Positions 1 through 9,988 of a stretch of DNA of 14,134 nt are shown here, one piece after another (the first letter of the stretch is position 1; each line of letters begins with the position of its first letter). The notes below the pieces were generated by a model, which searched no databases, was not told where the DNA came from, and saw only the letters and a program-made list of their open reading frames with translations. The DNA comes from Azolla caroliniana. Lineage: Eukaryota; Plantae; Polypodiophyta. Location of the stretch: assembly GCA_043228905.1 (NCBI GenBank), contig JBHGNT010000896.1, positions 1-14,134 of the forward strand. Reading direction: 5' to 3'. Made by a program: the position numbers and the translations under genes.

Positions 1-2746
1 GCATCTTTAAAGTTTTTGCGACAACGTGCTCACTAAAGTTGTGACAGTAGTAAGTAATAGCCAACCTTCAAGGCTAGATAAAGCTGTAAAGATCATGTTG
101 AGGGGAAGTTGACTTACAAGATTGATGGACAAGTGAATTCCTAAAATCAATATAAGAGGGAGCAAGGCCGCTTTTTGGTAGGTAGAATTTTTAAATAATC
201 TTTTGCCTTAAAAACTCAAGAACTAAATCACTTGACGCAATTAAATACATTTCAATGCTCCAAACAACATTGTATTCCAGCCGAAATCTTCCTACAAAAA
301 TAATGTCCTCATCGAGGAACTCTAAGCCTAGCACAATATGTATGTATATTTTAAAACCGTTTGCATTTAAGGACCATTGCTACTTGACCCATGATTTTGC
401 ATGAAGAACTACCTATATTTTGAGACTCCTGACATAACCTATGCTTAAGCCAGGAAAAAATAGAGGGCAAACTAATATCATACTAACATTTCTCAATTGA
501 AGCTAAAAAATGTATAGCAAGCAGCGAAATCCGCAAACTATGGTGAGGTCACCTTTATTTGCATTATCCTCAAAAAGAAAGGTAAATGGATAAGATAATT
601 ACCACAAGTATGCAATGAGCCATGTGCAACTTTGAGGAATATGTAATCTACAAAACAATCTCATCAAAACTGCAAAAGGTTTCGCAAGTTTAACGCCTCT
701 ACAATGTACGTGATGTAATGAATTTCCATTGGAGTAGATTGTCTTTTAGAATGTTCATATCAATTACTAAACCGAAAATGTCATCATTACCCTCCCCCCC
801 TTCTTCAACATCTCTCATGGGTAATATTTAATGGGCCCACCTTTTGCATCTTTCAAGCTATTACTCTATGTCCTTGGTAAAAAAGTGCACATATATGTAT
901 AACATATGTACATCATATTTCAATATTTTTTGCAATTTCATTCTTCCACAAATCTATCAATCAATCAATCGAAGAGATGCAATAGCTATATATAATGTAA
1001 GCCAATGTTGAGATTGTGATGAATGCTAATCTGCATTCCAATTGCAATAACATATAATAATTTATGACAAGAATTTTCATTATGATTAGTGGCAACGATA
1101 AATACTTAAGCATAGTGTCTAATGCTAATGACTACAATTACTTTGTTAACCACCGTATTTACACTCTCAATGCTCTAATCAACATAATTGGTGCTAGCCT
1201 AGCAAAGTAATTACTTAGATATGCATGTTCTCTGATTACATCTCTCCAAGTGAGGATTGGTAGATCATAACCCACTCTTAATTAGGCACCCTACACCAAA
1301 TTTAATAGCCGCATTTAGTAATCTATTCTTCTCATTGTCATGATAGTTAAAATTTCAAACACAATTTGTTATATCTAACCATTATATGATAATATTTACT
1401 TGGCCTTAAAATTCAAGAAATTTACCAATAAGTAAACATATAACTAAATTATGCACAATCTACATATAGCTACCAATCCAAACACCATAGTAATGTCATT
1501 GCATGCATAGGAACAATAAATAATGACACTCAATAGACCTCATCCTTCTTTAAAAATAATTCAAGAAATGAACACCAACCTCAAGGAGGAAAATCATACA
1601 CGAGTAAATAACCAATATTTAAAAAGTAAAAAGAATGATAAGAAAGATGAAGATCTAGATCATGATGCTAGTGTGTGGGTGTGTGTAAAATAACTCTAAA
1701 GTCACATAAAGAACCTATTTCCAAAGGACTTTCAAGGTCTAGACGACAAATTCATGGTGTACAAAATAGTACGCCTCCCGTTATGGTGAAGAATCCAACA
1801 AAACAAGAACGCTCTGGGTTCGGAAAATGGCACACAAAGCCTATAGAAGACATAACCAACATATGAACGTCACATCTTTGAAACAGTAGCAAAGACAAGG
1901 CGAAGGCGAAAGTTTGCATGAGGCATGTTTACGAGGATCGGCTACCTAATTTATGACAATAATAAAAATGTGTGGGGAAGTAGAAACAACAAGTGTTTCC
2001 CATACGGGGAGGGGTCGAAATGTACATGAAAGGTTTTTTTGAAAGGGGGAGGAGCGAGTTTCTCGTGCTTTTATTTTGTTATCATTGCTTGCAAGCACTC
2101 ACTTATTATGGTTTCGGCAATCGGGATCTATTGGTTTTTAAACACGAGAGGCAATTAGGCATTTTTATACATGTGGGAAACAGCTCTCTCACGTTCTGTT
2201 CTTTTCCATCTCGCGTACCTCCCACCATCCAATGTTAGGAACAATTAAGAGGCATCATGCCAATGACCAGCCGAGATACCAAGCACTTTTATTTATCGCG
2301 AGGAGGAGCGAGGGCCAACAACAAACAATGGTTGCGTGGAGACAATAAAATACATGTAGCAAGCTATACCGGCTGGCCGAGGACGGAGGAGGAGGAGGGG
2401 GCTTTAGGCCGTCCACAGGATCAGATTCGATAAGCCGATCAGTTCGGGGTGGACAGAAGGATCAGTTGTGGGACTTGTAACATTGGCCCGTTCGTGTCAG
2501 GGGTGTGACCGGACAGGCGTGCGGAAGATGGATGGATATGTGGGTCCTCATCTGGTGCGAAGTGCTTCTCGACCCCCATAGAGAGACATACACACGCACA
2601 CATGACCATGGACATGGATGGACACACATGACCAGAGGACCGGTTGACCGTGCGTGAGCATGACCATGACCATGACCGGGATGAGTGATGTAAGTACATA
2701 AAGAGATGGGAAATGAGCAAGCAGAGCATGGATGGAAGGGAAGAGT

Positions 2747-4345
2747 TTAAGGGCGGTTGCACATGAAGTGCTGGTAGACACGGCAGCGGAAGACTTTGCG
2801 GTGGGCGTGGGAGACGAAGCCGGGCATAACCATGAACTCAACGGTGGGGACGGCGGTGACGGAGCAGCGCGCGCAGCTGCCGATGGGCGGCACCGCCACC
2901 GGCTCCACGTAGAGCGGGTCCACGGGCTGGCCCCTCCCCACCCTCACGATGGTGGCCGGCGGGTTGGTCGCCGCTGCCAGCCGGTGCAGCAGGAAGGCCC
3001 ATTTGGCCGCCCTCAGGAACGAGTCCATGAACCGGTCCCTCTGCGCCGCCGAGCGGAAGGCCAGCGCCGCCTCCGGCAGCAGCGCCAGCACCTCCTCGCT
3101 CTTCGCCGCCGCGTACGAGTGGAACGCCGCCTCGTACGTCGCCGAGTGCGCCCGCAGCGCCTCCGCCGGTTCCACCGCCTTCATCCGCACGTACTCCTGC
3201 AGCCGCGCCGCCGCCCTCGCCGCCGCGTCGAAGATGTGCGTCAGCCCGCTGTCGTCGAAGCTGTCGTTCTCGAAGCACCGGAACAGGGCGCTGTTGATCC
3301 TCGCCTCCAGGGCATAGCTGGCATGCACCCTGCGCAGGAAGATCGTGCTCGGCTCCATCTCCATCAGCGTGTTGATCAGCGAGTAGCCCGCCCTCACGAT
3401 CTGCTGCATGTATATCCTGCAGAAGATGTTGATCTCCCAGCGGCACCGCAGCAGCGCCGCCCCGAACATCATGGCCAGGCGATCCGCTGCCTCCGTCTCG
3501 ATCGGCGGTGGAGGTGGAGATGGAGACACTCTCGGGGAAGCAGCAGACTTCCAGGAGTCCTCACCATCCCCCTCTCGATTGACTTGCTTGCCAGATTTTA
3601 ACGGCGGTGGGAGCGCTTTTAGGTCAGCTGAATCGGTGGCCATGGCGCTCATCCGTTCCACCATTTCGTGTTCTTGCATCGCAACGGCCTGCTGCTGCTC
3701 CATGAGCCATTCCCACATGTCGCTAGTGTCCTGCGACTCCATGAGAGCTTCCTGCTGTGCCTTGGCTTGCTCCAGGAGCTCAGCGGCACCGAGGCCACTG
3801 AGGCGCGGGAGCGATGTCGCCCCTACCACAGATTCCTTGGTCTTGGACCAGCAAGTAAATATACCTGTGATGAGCCCGATCGCGCTCCGCCGCTTCGCAT
3901 ACATGACATGGTCGCCGCCGCCGTGGAAAGAAGACAGCGCCACTGTGTGGCACTGAGATGAGGCGATGCTGCCCAATGTCTGGATGGTGGCTCGAGGAGG
4001 AGGAACACGGACATGGCTCATACCTCCGTCGCTGGCCGAGCGGCTCATGTGTTTGGAAGCAGAGGTACTGGCGATGGCGTTTGCTAGCGGAAGCGAAGTA
4101 GGCGCGCGGCGCGCGGCGGAGGTCGCAGTGGTGCCATCGCGACGCCATCTGTCAGGGCCAGGGCCAGGGCCAGGGCCAGACTTGGCGGCGAGGAGGACCT
4201 CACGGGCGGCGAGATCAAGGTGCTGGTGGAAGCTACGGGGAGGGCTGCGGGGGCCGCCGCCTTTGCCATAGCTGTGCACGTGAATGGACTGATGATCCGA
4301 GGGGGCGTCAGGATCGTGGCGGCGGGATGGTCTGTGCGCCGCCAT
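2747..4345 (-). CDS. GIL1/IRKI-family (IRK-interacting protein / GRAVITROPIC IN THE LIGHT 1-like) protein, 532 aa, apparently single exon
   Basis: Long ORF with good plant start context (ttacATGGCG) and strong G/C third-position bias in its 3' half. C-terminal motifs match those I recall for the family: YALEARINSALFRCFENDSF, FLRAAKWAFLLHRLA, NPPATIVRVGRG..VDPLYVEPV and VEFMVMPGF...KVFRCRVY. The N-terminus is low complexity, followed by a short Q/E/A-rich helical segment. Orthology to GIL1 or IRKI specifically is not established. Confidence 0.85.
   Translation of the reverse strand: MAAHRPSRRHDPDAPSDHQSIHVHSYGKGGGPRSPPRSFHQHLDLAAREVLLAAKSGPGPGPGPDRWRRDGTTATSAARRAPTSLPLANAIASTSASKHMSRSASDGGMSHVRVPPPRATIQTLGSIASSQCHTVALSSFHGGGDHVMYAKRRSAIGLITGIFTCWSKTKESVVGATSLPRLSGLGAAELLEQAKAQQEALMESQDTSDMWEWLMEQQQAVAMQEHEMVERMSAMATDSADLKALPPPLKSGKQVNREGDGEDSWKSAASPRVSPSPPPPPIETEAADRLAMMFGAALLRCRWEINIFCRIYMQQIVRAGYSLINTLMEMEPSTIFLRRVHASYALEARINSALFRCFENDSFDDSGLTHIFDAAARAAARLQEYVRMKAVEPAEALRAHSATYEAAFHSYAAAKSEEVLALLPEAALAFRSAAQRDRFMDSFLRAAKWAFLLHRLAAATNPPATIVRVGRGQPVDPLYVEPVAVPPIGSCARCSVTAVPTVEFMVMPGFVSHAHRKVFRCRVYQHFMCNRP
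4153..4176. repeat. (CAGGGC)4 coding microsatellite giving GPGPGPGP in the protein
   Basis: Four perfect hexamer copies read directly. The 6-bp period preserves the frame. Confidence 0.9.
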
Positions 4346-4621
4346 GTAAATGGCGCAATGGCGGGGCGAGAGATATGGATGGATGAGAGTGAGAGGCGCC
4401 GGGACACACAGAAGAGGAGGGGGGGGAGGAGGAGGAGGAGGAGGGTAGATCAGATTAGCTAAAAGGCTATAAAAGCTGTATAGGCTGTATGTAGCAGCTG
4501 CTGCTAGTTTGGGGGGCGGCGGAAAGAGATGATGAGTGAGGAGGAAGAGGAGGAGGAGGAGGACGTTTGTTGGTTAAGAAGGAAGAAGAAATAAGGAAGA
4601 AGAAGAGAGACAAAAAGACAC

Positions 4622-4625
<4 letters not shown>

Positions 4626-4660
<35 letters not shown>
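4626..4660. repeat. (AG)17 microsatellite, (CT)n on the gene's strand, in the promoter/5' leader; potential GAGA element
   Basis: Perfect dinucleotide run about 280 bp upstream of the ATG, within a purine-rich (plus strand) region at ~4410-4790 that also has (GGA)n runs. Binding of GA repeats by BBR/BPC proteins is established in plants, but function here is inferred. Confidence 0.9.
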
Positions 4661-4664
<4 letters not shown>

Positions 4665-4942
4665 CACGGTCATTATGATGGGACAAGACGAGACTGGATT
4701 GGACGGGACGGGACGGGACCGACTGGAAAGAGAGAGAGAAGAAGAAAAAGGAACCAAAACGAAGGGACGAAGAAAGAGAGAGAGTTAGTTAAGGTGGTGG
4801 TTAAGATTCAAGAACCCCCCTTTTTTTAAGGAGCACTGCCAAATAAATGGTGGAAGGTCCATAGATTAGATTAGGCCACCACCGCTAAGAGAAGATGTCT
4901 GTGTGTTTTGGCTTCTTCTCTCCTACTACTTAGTACTTACCA

Positions 4943-4950
4943 TTTTTATA
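4943..4950 (-). promoter_or_regulatory. Candidate TATA box (TATAAAAA) for the GIL1/IRKI-like gene
   Basis: TATAAAAA on the minus strand, upstream of the pyrimidine-rich leader. Support is motif and position only. Confidence 0.25.
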
Positions 4951-5028
4951 TGTGGATTACTATAGTCAGTCCCTCTCAAAATTCCTTTTCTCTTTTTGCA
5001 TGAGAGTCATATCCAATTGTGATTATAT

Positions 5029-5052
5029 ATGTATGTATGTATGTATGTATGT
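5029..5052. repeat. (ATGT)6 microsatellite
   Basis: Read directly. Confidence 0.9.
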
Positions 5053-5199
5053 GAAGGGAGTACTTGCCTTGAATCATGGAATGTGTTGGTCTCTCAAAAA
5101 ACCCTTGGTCTTTGCATGAAAACCATTCCCCATCGTGAAGAGATGGATTGGCTCTCCCTACGTCATTGATCCCTTTGCATCCCTCCCACACAACAAACT

Positions 5200-5220
5200 A
5201 CATACATACATACATACATA
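5200..5220. repeat. (ACAT)5 microsatellite, inverted relative to 5029-5052
   Basis: Read directly. Confidence 0.9.
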
Positions 5221-6372
5221 ATCCATACAGCAAAATAAACTACCCAACCGTGTTCAGAAGTTACATAACCTATAATGGAACTTTTATTGTTTGCATTGAT
5301 TTTAATTGATACATTCCTTTAGCAATGACTTTGTTCCCCCTTATCACGCCCTCCCGGCTTCCTTTAAGTATTGTTTTCATATCTTCCCCTGATAATTGCA
5401 TGCTTGAGGCTACCAACAATATGTCCATAAAGAATTATGGATGTCATATCTAGATGTTGATCTCCTCAAAGAATCACCTTGAGCATGAACAAAACTTGTG
5501 ATAATGATGTCCATATGCATCGGGCTCGATATGATAATAATGTCTCTTGTCACAAGTATGTCTATGGATCATTACTCCAATGACAATATTCATGGGTGCT
5601 TTCAGAATGCCACTTTCTTAAACCGTACATGCATGATTTGTCAACGAACGTAGTTGTAATGAGCTTTTACAATTTTGCATAATCAAGCCATTTGGCATTA
5701 GCCACTATATGTATGTCAAATTAAAAACCTAGGTAGTAGTTTCAACTCTTCATAGTTTTTGTATAATCAAGTACAAGCACAAAAAATATATGTATATAAA
5801 TCCTTTTACCTACTTCATTCACACTTGTGGACAATGTTGGTGTGTAATACACAAACGTCCATTCTGGTCTCACTATGTAATATGTTTTACCTTCTTATGT
5901 TTACATTACCAAAGGTTGTGAATCGTGATTCTATAAACATAGATAAGAGTGGACATTTCAAAGTCCACTTGGTAGGTCCTCCCTCAAGATCTTTGTAGAT
6001 TAAACTTGTAAATATTCTTGTAAATCCATAACAAAGGATATGCCTTTGGGAAGAAAAAACATCATTATGTTTTGGGGAATTGGATGTACATTCAAGAAAT
6101 CTATGAAACCTTGAATTCTTCTAAATTTTAGGGATGATCTAGATTTGCGCAAATTCATGAGGGAAGAGTCAGGATCCCTCTTAGGGGTATTCGTCTAGAT
6201 TAGACGTCGTCTTCATTTCAAGTGTTTCAGTACTTTGTATTGTTGTTATATGTTTCTCGCTCAAGAAATTGATTGATTTTGACTATTACAATCCATAACG
6301 ATTGGACCGATAGATGATTAAAACACCTCTACAAAGAAGTCATTGCGAGCTAGACGACTCGAGAGAGAAGCA

Positions 6373-6730
6373 ACAAATCATTGCTTAATATAGGAGGAGA
6401 AATAGCGGTACAAATCATTAAACATTAGAAATCATTACATGGATGAGGAAGAGAGAAAATGGAAATAGAAATATTCCTAAATTTCAACACAAACTAAATA
6501 CAACATTAATTTCCACGAACCCTAGCTGCAGTAGTGCTTTCGGACCTCGGTCTATATATGATGTCTACCAACACTTTCCTCCTAGAACAATGGGAGTGAG
6601 AAACTAATAATGGATAGAAGTCTCTAGGGAGAGAGGAGTAGCAAACCAATAAATGATAAACAAATCATTACATGAAAGAGAGGGGAGAGAAAGGTACAAG
6701 TCTTAAATAACTAAAATCGTTTACATAGAT
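6373..6730. repeat. Diverged ~70-bp direct repeat (6373-6444 and 6660-6730)
   Basis: Both copies read ACAAATCATT..purine-rich..GGTACAA.TC.TTAAA...AAATC.TT(T)ACAT.GAT. Aligned by eye. Confidence 0.45.
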
Positions 6731-8618
6731 ATTAAAGCAAGCAAAACACCCAACAAAGATAATCCATGTTTTCTCTCCAAGAGAATTAGCTAAGTACATA
6801 GACTAATGGCATGGTATGGATAAAAACGACTTTATTATTTCACTTTCCATAAACCCAATGCGAACTCATGTTAACTAACACCGAAATAACACTTTTCACC
6901 TAAAGAATTACACATGCACTTTCCTCGAACTAAGGTTTGAAAACATTACCATCACCATAGGTGATGCTAACCAATGTAGTTCGTTAACTTTGTAGCTTTG
7001 TCATGTCAAATTATGTAATAAATGCATGATCTAAAAGGTCGATAACCTTTATATTTTACTTAACATATATGTGGCTGTCATGCTTGTTAAGCTACACTGT
7101 CCACGTCATTGTTGTTTCTAATATTTTTATTTCAAAATGCTTGGTAAAGTTGGCTATCGTTGTCCATCGATCCATGGTTATCATCTAAAGATAGAGAAAG
7201 TGCAACTCCGCCACTTGTTACTGAGGGCTTGCTTTATGAACACCCACACAAGGATAATTGAAAACGGGGATCTTGTGACTACACTAGGTCTATACAGTTG
7301 AGAGCATTGGACATCGTCAACATTGTTGAAGGTCGATATCCAAATCTTACATCCATTTGTTTATCTTTGATATTTCAACCACCATTTGTCTATGCCTTGT
7401 CTTTCTATGTACATGATTAGGTGTCCATGGAACCAGGTAACAACATGCATAGTAGTAGAAAACCCAATGTCTTTCTCCTAATATTGATATGGAAGCATGC
7501 ATCATTGCCATCAAATTCCACTTTGAGTTATGTTGTCTTCTAAATTGTTGCCTTGGGAATAAAAAAATATCATTGCAAATTGCATTGCCAATCCTAAAGA
7601 GGCGAGGCGATGACTTCATAACCATGCATATTAAACAAGCTTTCCATAAAATAACTCTAATCGATAATAATATTTGAAATCAATTTCTCAAAATCCTTGA
7701 TGACCAATTTCCTTCATTTTTTCTAGCTTTCTCAAAACATCTCAAAGTTTTATCTATAATTTCTATCCTTTCATGCACAAAAGTTTAACTCGAAGAACAA
7801 TTGAGTAATAATAATGATGATAACATCACAATATTCTATATATGTGTTACATTAGACAAACTTATACACAAAATACTTTTAACAAAAATTGCTCATGCTC
7901 CATGGGCTTGCAAATGCGGTTGATGGCTTTTTTAGTGTTCCATAATAGTGGAGTGTGCACATGCCTAATCGAGATCCTATTGTCTAAATAAATGGAATGT
8001 TTTTAGTGGGGCATGCTCATATTAATTGACGAACGCGTTGTTAATTGCTTAGAACATATATTGTGTTCGAGTAAAAACATCTTTAAACAAGATCGTTATA
8101 CATCATATGCGAGATTTTACACATATCCCCACAAATGATTCCTACATATCCATTAGTGCACATCTAAAACTCAAGTATATATAACATGGTGGTGTAGCGA
8201 TAAAGGTTTGTGGTTTGCAACATTAAGATCATCGCTTGATCAATGTGCATGATGTTAATTTTGTTATAAATGCCATTCATATATTTAGTTGCGCTTTTAC
8301 GATATTGGCGCTGGTCTTTTTAAGGAGTGAAAATGATAGCATCGAAGGTGATGCATAGGGAACTAGGATGGGACTTTCATGAGCTTGAGTTTGACATTTT
8401 TCCCCACAACAAGGCGAAGTGAAAACAATAGCATGGCCTAGTAAATCCGCAATAAGGCAACAAAAAAAGACGATGCGTGCGGGTGGTCCTTCCCTAGGAG
8501 AATTTAGTGACCCCTTAGATATGTACAAAAGATATTGTGGAAAATGTAAGATGGAAAGTGAAAAGACAAAAAAGATACATATACCATGTTGGAACTAGGG
8601 AATGAAAAAGTAGGAAAT

Positions 8619-8651
8619 AAAAAAATAGTATGACAAAACTTCATAGGAAAA
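8619..8651 (-). terminator. Pol III terminator T-runs downstream of the tRNA
   Basis: On the minus strand, T4 lies 2 nt after the tRNA 3' end (8648-8651) and T7 lies at 8619-8625. Confidence 0.7.
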
Positions 8652-8652
8652 T

Positions 8653-8733
8653 CGACAGCTGCAGGATTCGAACCTGCGAGGGCGAACCCATTTGATTTCG
8701 AGTCAAACGCCTTAACCACTCGGCCAAACTGTC
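8653..8733 (-). tRNA. tRNA-Ser(CGA), nuclear type, intronless, no encoded CCA
   Basis: Folds as GACAGTT-TG-GCC GAGTGGTTAA GGC-G-TTTGA CTCGAAA TCAAA-T GGG TTCG CCC TC-GCAGG TTCGAAT CCTGC-AGCTGTC-G. All stems pair, with anticodon CGA, a long variable arm and G73. A box (TGGCCGAGTGG) and B box (GGTTCGAATCC) are intact. Confidence 0.96.
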
Positions 8734-8758
8734 TTATTTAATGTAAAACACTAATTAA

Positions 8759-8769
8759 ATTTATATATA
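8759..8769 (-). promoter_or_regulatory. TATA-like element at -26 to -36 of the tRNA gene
   Basis: TATATATAAAT on the minus strand, at the position typical of plant nuclear tRNA genes. Confidence 0.6.
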
Positions 8770-8809
8770 ATATATATTTTTTAGATACACTACAATTTCT
8801 ATGAATATA

Positions 8810-9320
8810 ATGGGGCTAGCAAATTGCAATGAATGTGGCACCTACCAAATCCAAAAGTCACCAACAAATAGTGGACTCTCAAGAGGAAGACATTTTGAGT
8901 TGTCAATACTTTCAAATACCTTGGAATCAACAAACTTGGTCAACACATTGGACACTTGCTTAACCAGGATAATGGAATTTGACACAACCTAGTGCAATGA
9001 GTTTGGGAACACATGCCACTTGAGCCGAACTGAACGATGGAAATGATAATGCATTCATGTGTAACGCTAGCTTTGCTACATGGAAATGTGGTTTGGGGGG
9101 ATATGTCAATGAGCTTATGGAATTCCAAACGAGAAAAATGTAAAATAAAATTTGGTACTACTATTAGGGGTTAGAGGCCACATACAAATCCATACTCTAA
9201 AATGCTTTAAAAATGAGGAAGGGGGCCAATGGACTTTTATACCCTTCATAGAGGTTTACAAATACGCATTGAAAGTGAGTACAATGCCTCAAATTCGTCT
9301 CCCTCAAAGTTGATGCCATA
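8810..9320 (+). mobile_element. Decayed, 5'-truncated non-LTR retrotransposon (RTE-like LINE), RT thumb and downstream region; may extend to ~9620
   Basis: Collinear motifs across frameshifts and stops: MNV..TKSK (~8829-8858), VVNTFKYLGI (8899-8928), EFGNTCH (~8999-9019), VTLALLHGNVVWG (9061-9099, cf. V.PVLLYG.E.WG), TNPY..ML (~9184-9207) and YALKVSTMPQIRLP (9263-9304). Ends are approximate. Confidence 0.75.
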
Positions 9321-9943
9321 TGAGAAATTGGATTGCTTACAAGTTACAACATGAAAACAACAAAATGAATAGAGTTTCAGCCAATGGCGTCCAAGTCATC
9401 AAACTACAGGATGGCATGTTGAGGAATATTTGGATTTGCACACAACAGGATACGAGAACAGGATAACCCCAACATAGATCTATGTTCTAGTACTTTCCAC
9501 CTACATTAATATGAAGGTATGTTTGTTGATTCCCAAAACCACATTTGGACACAAAATGCCCAAGACTAGGGCAAGACACCATTGTTATGCACATGTCACC
9601 CCATAAAAAAATCAAAATTAAGATCTGGCAAAAAATTGGATGGAAGTATTTTAGACATTGCAAGGAGCCCAAGAACTCAACATTTGCTCTAACTCTAATC
9701 TATGGATTGCTTTGGATTGAGTAAAAATTGAATTTTTTTGAGAAGCTACATGCAATTTGGATATATTTGGAATTTGCATTTAATATACTATGGCTAATTG
9801 TGGGATAGAGGAAATTCGTCAATTATCAAATGGATGTGAAACAATAAACCAATGAAGTTCAAGTGGAAGATTGAAGAAAAAATTTGTCAATTTGAAAGGA
9901 TTTAGCTACATTGGAGAAATTTAATGTGTATGTCAAATGCAAT

Positions 9944-9988
9944 ATTTCTTAAGTCTCTTTTTTTTCCAAAAAATTTCTTAAGTCTCTT
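9944..9988. repeat. Perfect 16-bp direct repeat ATTTCTTAAGTCTCTT flanking 13 bp
   Basis: Copies at 9944-9959 and 9973-9988, with spacer TTTTTTCCAAAAA. Confidence 0.85.

Noticed and set aside
1-2300. AT-rich left flank with short ORFs (1675-1866, 1993-2238)
   Set aside because: Non-ATG starts, no coding bias and no recognisable motifs. Probably decayed repeats or intergenic DNA that I cannot assign.
2732-4462. Overlapping ORFs (289, 202, 182, 122, 107, 101 aa and others) on both strands
   Set aside because: Shadow frames of a GC3-rich CDS, with Arg/Gly/Ala-rich translations and no recognisable motifs.
4468-4474. Plus-strand TATAAAA as a promoter of a divergent gene
   Set aside because: No credible plus-strand CDS or RNA gene follows.
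4504-4788. Short ORFs with SLSLSL or REREREE runs as protein-coding genes
   Set aside because: Translations of microsatellites.
7340-8160. Possible L1-like endonuclease/RT relic on the minus strand (ICGDM ~8135, SRLG ~7970, FEKA ~7735)
   Set aside because: Motifs are too short and degenerate, and the spacing would need large deletions. A TBLASTN or HMM search against LINE ORF2 would be needed.
8504-8719. 71-aa ORF MVKAFDSKSNGFALAGSNPAAV
   Set aside because: Spurious translation of the tRNA gene and its AT-rich flank.
8653-8733. tRNA-derived SINE or organellar tRNA insertion
   Set aside because: Perfect cloverleaf with an immediate T-run terminator and an upstream TATA-like element. There is no SINE body or tail and no organellar flanking sequence.
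9785-9830. ILWLI/WDRGN resembling the L1 ORF2 C-terminal W.IW..RN motif
   Set aside because: Needs a frameshift and has no supporting neighbouring motifs.
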